A stretch of DNA of 32,049 nucleotides from Bacteroidota bacterium (GTDB lineage Bacteria; Bacteroidota; Bacteroidia; J057). Below, in pieces: positions 23,530 through 32,049 of the stretch. The stretch's first letter is position 1, and each line of letters starts with the position of its first letter. The notes under the pieces were generated by a model. It was not told the origin of the DNA. It worked only from the letters and a program-made list of their open reading frames with translations, and searched no databases. The position numbers were made by a program, and so were the translations under genes. Where the stretch lies: the NCBI GenBank assembly GCA_038520955.1, contig JBCBKZ010000001.1, positions 1-32,049 of the forward strand, read 5' to 3'.

Positions 23530-24618
23530 ATGAGCACCCATCATATAGCCGTATTACCGGGAGACGGAATAGGTCCTGAAGTAGTAAGAGAAGCCCAGAA
23601 AGCCTTAGATGCCATTGCCTCAGCTTCCTCTTTTTCTTTTGAGTATGAAGAAGGACTCATAGGAGCTGCTGCCATAGATGCTACAGGTTCTCCCTTTCCT
23701 GCTGCCACACTTGAACTGCTGGAAAGAAGTGATGCCATTCTCTTCGGTGCCATAGGCGATCCTAAGTATGACAATGATCCTTCCGCTAAGGTGAGACCTG
23801 AGCAGGGACTACTAGCCATGCGTAAGGCCCTGGGCTTATTTGTGAATGTGCGCCCGGTAGCCAGCTATGATTTGCTGAATGATGCTTCTCCCTTGAGGAA
23901 AGAAATTATAGAAGGAGTTGACATAGTGGTTTACCGAGAGTTGACAGGCGGAATCTACTTCGGTAGTCCCAGAGGAAGATCTGAAGATGGACAAATGGCC
24001 TTTGATACCTGTACCTACAGTAGAGAAGAAATTGAAAGAGTGGCAGTAAGAGCTTTTGAAGCGGCGAGGAGAAGAAGAAATAAATTGACCCTGGTAGACA
24101 AGGCCAATGTACTGGCCACTTCCAGGCTGTGGAGAGAAGTCGTAACTGAAATGGCAAGTAGCCAGTTTGCAGACGTGGACTATGATACCATGTTTGTAGA
24201 TAATGCTGCTATGAAGCTCATCCAGAATCCGGGCTTCTTTGATGTCATTCTCACCGGAAACCTATTTGGAGATATATTGTCTGACGCTGCCTCAGTGTTG
24301 GCGGGTTCCTTGGGGATGCTGCCATCAGCTTCTTTGGGGAAGAAGACCAGCTTGTTTGAGCCGGTACACGGTTCCTATCCTCAGGCTACCGGTAAAGGGA
24401 TAGCGAACCCTATGGCGACGATCTTATCTGCGGCTATGCTGCTGGAGGACGGGCTGGGACTAGCTAAGGAAGCTGCCGTTATCCGAAAGGCTGTTTTATC
24501 AGCTATGGAAAACGGATATGTAACAGAAGATATCCAGGGTGGAACCAAGAGTACTACAGAAGTAGGAGATTACGTTGCTTCTTTCATAGAGAAGAACTAT
24601 GCGGTACCTGCTTCGTAA
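23530..24618 (+). CDS. leuB: 3-isopropylmalate dehydrogenase
   Basis: 362 aa. IAVLPGDGIGPEV, RELTGGIYFG and NLFGDILSD are canonical LeuB/IDH-family motifs. Confidence 0.96.
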   Translation: MSTHHIAVLPGDGIGPEVVREAQKALDAIASASSFSFEYEEGLIGAAAIDATGSPFPAATLELLERSDAILFGAIGDPKYDNDPSAKVRPEQGLLAMRKALGLFVNVRPVASYDLLNDASPLRKEIIEGVDIVVYRELTGGIYFGSPRGRSEDGQMAFDTCTYSREEIERVAVRAFEAARRRRNKLTLVDKANVLATSRLWREVVTEMASSQFADVDYDTMFVDNAAMKLIQNPGFFDVILTGNLFGDILSDAASVLAGSLGMLPSASLGKKTSLFEPVHGSYPQATGKGIANPMATILSAAMLLEDGLGLAKEAAVIRKAVLSAMENGYVTEDIQGGTKSTTEVGDYVASFIEKNYAVPAS

Positions 24619-24669
24619 GCATATACATCCCACATCTTCCTGAAAGAAAGCGTTCATAGTACTGACTAC

Positions 24670-25404
24670 ATGCAAAATATCAGCACAATTTTCTCTAAGG
24701 AGATAGCCTCTTTTCTGAATTCTCTGATAGCCTACATAGTAATGGCTGTCTTTCTAATTGGGGTAGGGGTATTCTGCTGGTTATTTGAGTTTAATATACT
24801 GGAGAATGGGTATGCCAGCCTGGATACCCTCTTTGAGTATGCGCCCTTCATGTTTTTGTTCCTGATTCCCGCCATTACCATGCGGGCTTTTTCAGAAGAG
24901 ATTAAGACTGGAACCATAGAACTACTTTCCACCAAGCCCTTAACTGACTGGCAAATCATCCTCGGTAAATACTTAGCCGCTGTTTTTCTGGTATTTCTAT
25001 CCCTACTTCCTACCATTATATATGCGATCACAGTCTACCGCTTGGGAGAGCCTGTGGGGAATATGGATATGGGAGCTACCATAGGCGCATATATAGGGCT
25101 GTTTTTCCTGGGAGCTATTTTTGCCTCCATCGGGCTGTTTACCTCAGCCCTGACAGAAAATCAGATCGTGGCATTCATACTGGGCGTGTTCTGCTGTTTT
25201 GTGTTCTTCCTGGCCTTTGACTTTCTATCAGGCGTAAAGTCTCTGAGTTCAGTGAACGCCTTCTTAATAAGAATAGGCATACTGGAGCATTACCAAAGTA
25301 TCAGCAGAGGAGTGATAGACACGCGGGATGCCCTTTATTTTATCAGCTTTGTCAGCATTACCCTCATCTTAACCTGGCTTGTATTCTTATCCAGAAAAAA
25401 GTAA
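24670..25404 (+). CDS. gldF: Gliding-motility-associated ABC-2 permease
   Basis: 244 aa with about 6 hydrophobic helices. The FLIPAITMRAFSEE..GT.ELL..KP and ENQIVAF blocks match my recollection of GldF. It is followed by gldG, with overlapping TAATG stop/start. Confidence 0.8.
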   Translation: MQNISTIFSKEIASFLNSLIAYIVMAVFLIGVGVFCWLFEFNILENGYASLDTLFEYAPFMFLFLIPAITMRAFSEEIKTGTIELLSTKPLTDWQIILGKYLAAVFLVFLSLLPTIIYAITVYRLGEPVGNMDMGATIGAYIGLFFLGAIFASIGLFTSALTENQIVAFILGVFCCFVFFLAFDFLSGVKSLSSVNAFLIRIGILEHYQSISRGVIDTRDALYFISFVSITLILTWLVFLSRKK

Positions 25405-27101
25405 TGGCAGAATCCAAACATAAACAGTTAAGGGTACAGGCGCTCCTGATTATAGGACTGATCATATTTTTGAATCTGCTGGCCTCACGTTATTTCTATA
25501 GATGGGACTTAACCAAGGAGAAACGGTATTCTCTCTCAGAGGTAAGTAAGCAGACTGCCAAAGAGCTGGAAGCGCCCATGCTGATTTCGATTTACCTGGA
25601 TGGCGACTTCCCCCCACTCATCAGGAAGTTTCAGGAAACCATTCGAACTACTATTTTAGAATTGAAGCAGTATGGGGGCTACAGATTGGAGTTTGAGTTT
25701 GTGGATCCTAGCCAAAGCCCGGAGTTGTTAAAGCAGTTTCAGGAAAGAGGGTTTATTCCTATTCCGGTAAGAATCAGAACATCAGCTACAGATGTAGCCA
25801 GAAAGAATATGTTCCCCTATGCGAAATTCAGGTATAAGGGGAGAGAACAGTATGTGGATCTTCTGAAGGGATGCGTATATCCTACTGGAGAAGTCAATTT
25901 TGAGAAGGCAGAGGCAGATCTGGAATATAAACTGGTCTCCGTCATGCGTAACCTAACCAAGGAGCAGGGAGGCTTATTGGTTATGCTACAGGGGCATGGT
26001 GAAAAGGATCTGAAAGAGATCCCACAAGATCTGGGAGGCGAACTACTTAATACCTACAACTTCGCCACTTTTAATATGAAGGAAAATCCAGGTATGGCTA
26101 TCAGCCCGGATGTGGATGTGATTTTGATCTTTGACCCTACGGAGCCTTTCTCAGAAAGAGATAAATATGAGTTGGACCAGTACCTTATAAGAGGAGGGAA
26201 CATTCTATGGCTGGTTGGGCAAGAAACAGTAGACCTGGATTTGTATCAGAAGCGAGCTACCCTTACCGACCTCCGGGAGCTGAACCTGGATGATATGTTT
26301 AACCGCTACGGCTTCAAAATCAACTATGACCTAATCCAGGACATTAATTGTGAGAAGACAGAGGTTTTTCGGGAAGGCCCTTCAGGGGGGATCTTTGATG
26401 CCTATCCATGGATTTTTTATCCCCTCATCTATTCTTTCTCAGAAAGTCCTATCAATAGAAACGTGGAGACGCTCTTACTGAGGAATGCCTCCAGCATAGA
26501 CACCTTTGCACAGGAGAGCGTAAAGAAAACGGTCATCATGACTACTTCTCCTAATAGCCGCACGGTAGAGGGCAAGCAGTTTATAGACTTGAATCAGTAT
26601 TTGCTGGACCCTCCCCCCGAGCAATTATTCATAGGAAAAGGACCTCATATTACCGGTCTTCTACTGGAAGGACAGTTTAACTCTGTATTTACTGGTAGAG
26701 TCAGCGAGGAGATCCTGCTGGACTCTTTGGCTAAAGAGATGCCTACAGCTACTTTTGGAGCTCAAAATAACCCCATAGCACCTGGAAAGATGGTGGTGAT
26801 ATCTGATGGAGACTTTGCCAGTAGCAAAAGTAATCGGGGTCAGGTTTCTCCCTACCTGCCTTACGATAACAAGACATTTCTCATGAATGCCATAGATTAT
26901 TTGGCAGGAGACATAGCGCTTACTCAGATCCGCTCCAAGGAAGTGGTAGCTAGAAACCTGAATAAGAGGAAGATAGCTGAGAATGAAACCCTCATTAAAA
27001 GCCTCAACTTATTACTCCCCATAAGCCTCATTTTACTCTTTGGACTAGCCAGATATGTATGGCGAAAAAGGAAATTCTCATCTTCCGAAAAAAGAGGGTA
27101 A
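25404..27101 (+). CDS. gldG: Gliding-motility-associated ABC transporter accessory protein GldG
   Basis: 565 aa with N- and C-terminal TM anchors flanking a large soluble domain, the GldG/ABC_transp_aux architecture. Its position directly after gldF with a 1-nt overlap supports the call. Confidence 0.78.
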   Translation: MAESKHKQLRVQALLIIGLIIFLNLLASRYFYRWDLTKEKRYSLSEVSKQTAKELEAPMLISIYLDGDFPPLIRKFQETIRTTILELKQYGGYRLEFEFVDPSQSPELLKQFQERGFIPIPVRIRTSATDVARKNMFPYAKFRYKGREQYVDLLKGCVYPTGEVNFEKAEADLEYKLVSVMRNLTKEQGGLLVMLQGHGEKDLKEIPQDLGGELLNTYNFATFNMKENPGMAISPDVDVILIFDPTEPFSERDKYELDQYLIRGGNILWLVGQETVDLDLYQKRATLTDLRELNLDDMFNRYGFKINYDLIQDINCEKTEVFREGPSGGIFDAYPWIFYPLIYSFSESPINRNVETLLLRNASSIDTFAQESVKKTVIMTTSPNSRTVEGKQFIDLNQYLLDPPPEQLFIGKGPHITGLLLEGQFNSVFTGRVSEEILLDSLAKEMPTATFGAQNNPIAPGKMVVISDGDFASSKSNRGQVSPYLPYDNKTFLMNAIDYLAGDIALTQIRSKEVVARNLNKRKIAENETLIKSLNLLLPISLILLFGLARYVWRKRKFSSSEKRG

Positions 27102-27474
27102 TATTTTACCAATTGGTTTGGTGCTTCGAAATCTTTTCTCTACCTTGCGACTCCATTTACGGGAGGTAACACATATTCACTACATGTGAATGATGAAAAC
27201 CTTAAGATAGAGAGTCAAATTTCTATCGATTACATACCACTTCAAGGCAATGCCTCAGGAATAATCTGGAGTATCCAGGAAGTGAGAAAGTGAATGTTGA
27301 CTGGAGGTTGGTGCCTTTAAGAATGTTCATAGGAAGCACAACCGTGCATAGTCCCCTTCACTTTACTCACCCCATACGGAGATTGTCTTTTAAGTGGTTC
27401 AGATAGCAAAGTAAAAATGCTGTTCTGAATTTTTTTGTACGTAAGAAGTTGCAACGATTTATATATAAAGCTAA

Positions 27475-27849
27475 ATGCCAACTATATCGCAATTAGTAAG
27501 GAAAGGAAGAAAAGTAAAGCCGGAGAACAGCAAGTCTCCTGCCCTTGAATCCTGTCCACAAAAAAGAGGAGTTTGTTTGAGAGTATATACGACTACTCCC
27601 AAGAAACCGAATTCTGCCCTTAGGAAAGTTGCCAGGGTAAGATTGTCTAACTCTAAGGAAGTGAATGCTTACATAGGAGGAGAAGGACATAACCTGCAGG
27701 AACACTCCATAGTGCTGGTAAGAGGAGGAAGAGTAAAAGACCTTCCTGGTGTAAGATACCACGTAGTAAGAGGAGCACTGGATACAGCGGGAGTAGAAGA
27801 CAGAAGACAAGCACGTTCTAAGTATGGCGCTAAAAGGCCTAAGAAATAA
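27475..27849 (+). CDS. rpsL: 30S ribosomal protein S12
   Basis: 124 aa. [12 protein letters not shown]...[16 protein letters not shown] is unmistakable. Confidence 0.98.
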   Translation: MPTISQLVRKGRKVKPENSKSPALESCPQKRGVCLRVYTTTPKKPNSALRKVARVRLSNSKEVNAYIGGEGHNLQEHSIVLVRGGRVKDLPGVRYHVVRGALDTAGVEDRRQARSKYGAKRPKK

Positions 27850-27854
27850 ATAGT

Positions 27855-28322
27855 ATGAGGAAATCAAGACCCAAAGAACGGAAACACTTGCCTGATCCTA
27901 AGTACAATGATCAGTTGGTGAGCAAATTTGTGAGAAGCCTCATGGTTGACGGGAAGAAAAGCACGGCTTTCAGAATCTTTTATGGAGCCATGGAAATAGT
28001 AGAGGCCCGTACTGAAGCGAGTGGAGTAGAGGTATTTAAAGCAGCGCTGAATAACATCATGCCTGCAGTAGAAGTGAAAAGTAGAAGAGTAGGTGGTTCT
28101 ACCTTCCAGGTACCCACAGAAGTAAAGCCCAAGCGTAAGATAGGATTGGGAATTAAGTGGTTGATAAAGTATGCCAAGGCCAGAAATGGGAAGTCTATGA
28201 AGGACAAATTGGCAGCAGAAATTTTAGCAGCAGCTAACGGTGAAGGAGCAGCAGTAAAGAAGAGAGAAGATACACACCGTATGGCAGAAGCTAACAGAGC
28301 TTTTTCACATTTTAGATTTTAA
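27855..28322 (+). CDS. rpsG: 30S ribosomal protein S7
   Basis: 155 aa. Canonical S7 sequence (DPKYND..V.KF...M.DGKKS.A..I.Y) in the str operon position. Confidence 0.98.
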   Translation: MRKSRPKERKHLPDPKYNDQLVSKFVRSLMVDGKKSTAFRIFYGAMEIVEARTEASGVEVFKAALNNIMPAVEVKSRRVGGSTFQVPTEVKPKRKIGLGIKWLIKYAKARNGKSMKDKLAAEILAAANGEGAAVKKREDTHRMAEANRAFSHFRF

Positions 28323-28363
28323 GTTATTCCATATACTACAAGTAACTAACGGAGATTTAACCA

Positions 28364-30466
28364 ATGAAAAAGGTACCCCTTAAACATATCCGAAACATAG
28401 GAATCAGTGCTCATATCGATGCTGGTAAAACTACCACCACCGAGAGGATTCTTTACTACACCGGTATCTCCCACAAGATTGGTGAGGTGCATGATGGTGC
28501 AGCTACTATGGACTGGATGGAGCAGGAACAAGAGAGAGGGATTACCATTACTTCTGCCGCTACCACTACATATTGGCCATATGAAGATGTTCAGCACCGT
28601 ATCAACATCATTGATACTCCTGGGCACGTGGACTTTACTGTAGAGGTGGAGCGTTCTCTGCGAGTGTTAGACGGAGCCGTTGCACTATTTTGTTCTGTAG
28701 GTGCAGTTGAGCCACAGAGTGAAACTGTATGGCGCCAAATGGAGAAGTACAAAGTACCTCGTATTGGATTTGTAAATAAAATGGACCGTTCAGGTGCAGA
28801 TTTCTTTGAAGCTGTAAAGCAGGTAAAGGATATGCTGAACGGCAACCCCGTGCCTATTCAAGTACCTATTGGTGCTGAGGTAGACTTTAAAGGGGTTGTA
28901 GACCTGATTGAAAATAAAGCCATCGTTTGGAATGAGCATGACATGGGGATGACCTATGAAGAGATTGAGATTCCAGAAGATTTGGTAGATACAGTGGAAG
29001 AGTGGAGAGGATACATGATAGAAGCTATTGCAGAATTTGACGACGCATTGTTGGAAAAATTCTTTGATGATCCAGATTCTATCACAGTAGAAGAAACTAA
29101 GAAAGCACTTCGTGATGCTACGCTATCACGTAAGATCACCCCTATGATGTGTGGATCTGCTTTCAAAAATAAAGGAGTTCAGGCATTACTAGATGCAGTT
29201 TGTTATCTGCTTCCTGCACCTACTGAGGTAGATGCCGTAGAGGGAATCAATCCTGATACAGAGGAGACAGAAACACGCTCGGCAGATATAGATGCGCCAT
29301 TTACTGCTTTAGCTTTCAAAATCATGACTGACCCATATGTAGGTCGTCTGACTTTCTTCCGCGTGTATTCAGGTGCACTTAACGCAGGCTCTTATGTGTT
29401 GAATAATAGAAGTGGAGATAAAGGAAGAGTAGGTCGTATTCTGCAGATGCACTCTAACAAGCAGAATGAGATCAAGCGTGTAGAAGCTGGAGACATTGCA
29501 GCAGCGGTAGGATTGAAAAATATCCGTACAGGGGATACCTTAACTGACATGGACAACCCACTGAACTTGGAGTCCATTACTTTCCCTGATCCGGTAATTA
29601 AGCTGGCTATTGAGCCTAAGTCTCAGAAAGATGAGGATAAGTTGGGTACTGGATTAGCTAAGCTATCTGAAGAAGATCCAACATTCAGAGCTTCTACTGA
29701 TGAGGAAACTGGACAGACCATCATCGCGGGTATGGGTGAGCTTCACCTGGAGATCATCGTTGATCGTCTAAGAAGAGAATTTAAAGTAGAGGTGAACCAG
29801 GGGCAGCCTCAGGTATCTTACCGTGAAGCCATCCTGGGAAGTGTGGACCATAGAGAGACTTATAAGAAGCAGACTGGTGGTCGTGGTAAGTTCGCCGATA
29901 TCTCTGTTGAGATTATGCCTACTGAAAATGGTCAGGGCTTTGAGTTTGTGAATGAAATTAAAGGTGGATCTATTCCTAGAGAATTTATCCCATCTGTAGA
30001 AAAAGGCTTGAAAGAAGCCATGGGTAACGGTGTACTGGCAGGATATCCATTAGAAGGATTGAAAGTGAGACTGTATGATGGTAGCTTCCACGCAGTGGAC
30101 TCCGATCAGCTTTCTTTCGAACTGGCAGGACGTCTGGCATTCAGAAACGCTGCTAGCAAAGCTAAGCCGATTCTGAAAGAGCCTATCATGGCGGTGGAAG
30201 TAGTTACTCCAGAAGAATACATGGGTAACGTTGTAGGAGACTTGAACAGAAGAAGAGGTAAAATTGAGGAGATGGGAGACCGTGGTAACTCCAAGGTAGT
30301 AAAGGCTAAAGTGCCTTTGTCAGAGCTCTTTGGATATGTTACTTCTCTAAGAACCATTTCTTCAGGACGTGCATCTTCAACAATGCAGTTTTCTCACTAC
30401 GAGCAAACACCAAATAATATTCAGGAAGAAGTTGTGGCAAAAGTAAAAGGATTGGCTAAGGCTTAG
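28364..30466 (+). CDS. fusA: Elongation factor G
   Basis: 700 aa. G1 [16 protein letters not shown]3 DTPGHVDF and G4 NKMD, with full-length EF-G domain order. Confidence 0.98.
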   Translation: MKKVPLKHIRNIGISAHIDAGKTTTTERILYYTGISHKIGEVHDGAATMDWMEQEQERGITITSAATTTYWPYEDVQHRINIIDTPGHVDFTVEVERSLRVLDGAVALFCSVGAVEPQSETVWRQMEKYKVPRIGFVNKMDRSGADFFEAVKQVKDMLNGNPVPIQVPIGAEVDFKGVVDLIENKAIVWNEHDMGMTYEEIEIPEDLVDTVEEWRGYMIEAIAEFDDALLEKFFDDPDSITVEETKKALRDATLSRKITPMMCGSAFKNKGVQALLDAVCYLLPAPTEVDAVEGINPDTEETETRSADIDAPFTALAFKIMTDPYVGRLTFFRVYSGALNAGSYVLNNRSGDKGRVGRILQMHSNKQNEIKRVEAGDIAAAVGLKNIRTGDTLTDMDNPLNLESITFPDPVIKLAIEPKSQKDEDKLGTGLAKLSEEDPTFRASTDEETGQTIIAGMGELHLEIIVDRLRREFKVEVNQGQPQVSYREAILGSVDHRETYKKQTGGRGKFADISVEIMPTENGQGFEFVNEIKGGSIPREFIPSVEKGLKEAMGNGVLAGYPLEGLKVRLYDGSFHAVDSDQLSFELAGRLAFRNAASKAKPILKEPIMAVEVVTPEEYMGNVVGDLNRRRGKIEEMGDRGNSKVVKAKVPLSELFGYVTSLRTISSGRASSTMQFSHYEQTPNNIQEEVVAKVKGLAKA

Positions 30467-30478
30467 CCAATCCTTTTT
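30449..30478 (+). terminator. Hairpin plus T-run overlapping the fusA stop codon (terminator/attenuator between fusA and rpsJ)
   Basis: ggattggctaag (30449-30460) pairs with cttagccaatcc (30462-30473), followed by ttttt at 30474-30478. The TAG stop at 30464-30466 lies inside the 3' arm. Confidence 0.5.
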
Positions 30479-30496
30479 CTATGAAAATAGATTGAA

Positions 30497-30802
30497 ATGA
30501 CCCAGAAGATTAGAATCAAACTGAAGTCGTACGACCACAATCTGGTAGACAAGTCTGCAGAGAAAATTGTTCGTACTGTAAAATCTACCGGAGCTATCGT
30601 TAGTGGACCGATTCCTCTACCAACAGAACGGTCGGTAGTGACGGTAAACCGTTCTCCTCACGTGAACAAGAAATCGAGAGAGCAGTTTGAAATCAGCTCT
30701 TACAAAAGACTGATAGACATCTTTAGCTCCAGTTCTAAAACGGTAGATGTGCTAATGAAGCTCGAGCTACCAAGTGGAGTAGATGTAGAGATTAAAGTGT
30801 GA
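30497..30802 (+). CDS. rpsJ: 30S ribosomal protein S10
   Basis: 101 aa. [21 protein letters not shown]...GPIPLPT is canonical S10. Confidence 0.98.
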   Translation: MTQKIRIKLKSYDHNLVDKSAEKIVRTVKSTGAIVSGPIPLPTERSVVTVNRSPHVNKKSREQFEISSYKRLIDIFSSSSKTVDVLMKLELPSGVDVEIKV

Positions 30803-30863
30803 TAGGCTAAGACCTGATTGACTGTTGTACTAAAGGTTTGATTGACGTTTAATTCAGACAAAG

Positions 30864-31481
30864 ATGGCTGGAATAATAGGAAAAAAAGTAGGGATGACAA
30901 GTGTCTTCGATGAGGATCGAAAAAATATACCTTGTACCCTTATCTACGCAGAGCCCAACGTGGTAACTCAGGTAAAAACTGAGGAGACAGACGGGTACAC
31001 TGCTGTGCAGCTAGGATTTGATGAGGCGAAGGAAAAAAATACTACTCAGGCACTTCAAGGCCACTTTTCTAAGGCGGGAACTACGCCTAAGCGCAAGTTG
31101 GCTGAGTTTGACTTCGAAGGTGAAGACCTGGGCTTGGGTGATACCGTGGGAATAGACATTTTCGAAGAAGGCGAATTTGTGGACGTTACCGGAATTTCTA
31201 AAGGTAAGGGCTTCCAGGGTGTAGTAAAAAGACACGGTTTCCACGGGGTGGGAGGAAGAACACACGGTCAGCATAACCGTGAGAGAGCACCAGGTTCTCT
31301 GGGACCAGGTTCTACCCCCTCAAGAGTATTCAAAGGAATGAAGATGGCGGGGAAAACTGGAAACGGAAGAGTACAGGTTCAAAACCTGAGGGTTCTGAAG
31401 ATTATTCCTGAAAAAAATCTTCTGGTTATTTCTGGTTCTGTACCAGGACACAAAGGTTCATATGTAATAGTTGAGAAATAA
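30864..31481 (+). CDS. rplC: 50S ribosomal protein L3
   Basis: 205 aa. [10 protein letters not shown]...[13 protein letters not shown] is canonical L3. Confidence 0.98.
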   Translation: MAGIIGKKVGMTSVFDEDRKNIPCTLIYAEPNVVTQVKTEETDGYTAVQLGFDEAKEKNTTQALQGHFSKAGTTPKRKLAEFDFEGEDLGLGDTVGIDIFEEGEFVDVTGISKGKGFQGVVKRHGFHGVGGRTHGQHNRERAPGSLGPGSTPSRVFKGMKMAGKTGNGRVQVQNLRVLKIIPEKNLLVISGSVPGHKGSYVIVEK

Positions 31482-31482
31482 G

Positions 31483-32049
31483 ATGGAACTATCAGTATAT
31501 ACCATAGAAGGAAAAGAGACCGGTAGAGCAGCTTTCCTCTCAGACAGAGTCTTTGACCTGGAGAATCCTAATGACCACGCTATATATCAGGATGTAAGAC
31601 TGATCATGGCTAATCAGCGTCAGGGAACTCACAAGGCAAAAGAGAGAGCAGAGATTGCCGGTAGTACAAAAAAATTGTACAGACAGAAAGGGACTGGTAA
31701 TGCCAGAGTAGGTTCTGCAAAATCTCCCACACGTAGACACGGTGGAAGAATCTTTGGCCCAAGACCCAGAACCTATGGGTTCAAGCTGAACAAAAAAGTA
31801 AAGTCGCTGGCTCGTAAGAGTGCCCTCACATACAAGGCGAAAGACGGGAAGATCAAAGTAGTTGAAAACTTTGAGTTCGAGGCACCGAAGACCAAGCAGT
31901 ATATAGAGATCCTGGGTAACCTGGAGATGAACGGAAAGAAGACACTTCTAGTTACTACGGAATCTAATCAGAATGTGTACTTATCTGGCCGTAACCTTCC
32001 TAAAACAGAGGTGATTCCAGTAGCAGATCTGAATACTTATGACATTCTG
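31483..32049 (+). CDS. rplD: 50S ribosomal protein L4 (3'-truncated by window end)
   Basis: ATG at 31483 is in frame and open to the window edge (189 codons). It is absent from the ORF track because no stop is reached. My translation, [24 protein letters not shown]...[12 protein letters not shown]...PRPRTY, is typical L4 and follows rplC as expected. Confidence 0.92.
   Translation, partial: MELSVYTIEGKETGRAAFLSDRVFDLENPNDHAIYQDVRLIMANQRQGTHKAKERAEIAGSTKKLYRQKGTGNARVGSAKSPTRRHGGRIFGPRPRTYGFKLNKKVKSLARKSALTYKAKDGKIKVVENFEFEAPKTKQYIEILGNLEMNGKKTLLVTTESNQNVYLSGRNLPKTEVIPVADLNTYDIL

Overview
Chromosomal window from a Bacteroidota genome, probably Cytophagales- or Flavobacteriia-like. The taxon call rests on gldA/gldF/gldG gliding-motility ABC genes, a TTTG/TAnnTTTG-type promoter, and the rpsL-rpsG-fusA-rpsJ-rplC-rplD order. 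Most of the window is housekeeping: tRNA-Gln, prs, rplY, pth, an rfaE2-like gene, an OmpA/TolB-like envelope protein, a peptide-type ABC binding protein, leuCDB embedded between gldA and gldFG, and the start of the str/S10 ribosomal cluster. The accessory part is about 2.4-12.1 kb. It holds a SnoaL-like/HxlR pair bracketed by two direct copies of a roughly 290-bp multi-hairpin repeat module. This is followed by a tightly packed three-gene operon at 4471-11802. Its genes encode a MoxR-like AAA+ ATPase, a caspase-like (CHAT-type His/Cys dyad) protein with a degenerate P-loop module, and a 1587-aa three-pass membrane protein. The large protein carries PKD-like, vWA-like (degenerate MIDAS), TPR-like, beta-sandwich and cysteine-less FGE-sulfatase (C-type-lectin-fold) domains. 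Members of the same hairpin repeat family flank the operon on both sides. I consider this operon the main candidate for an uncharacterised MoxR-vWA-protease type conflict or sensing system. No integrase, transposase, CRISPR array or reverse transcriptase is visible. Other oddities are an ATTCA-rich dispersed repeat present twice, a 430-bp structured non-coding gap, and a tRNA ending 7 nt before the prs start codon. All domain calls come from reading motifs in the supplied translations. No searches were run.
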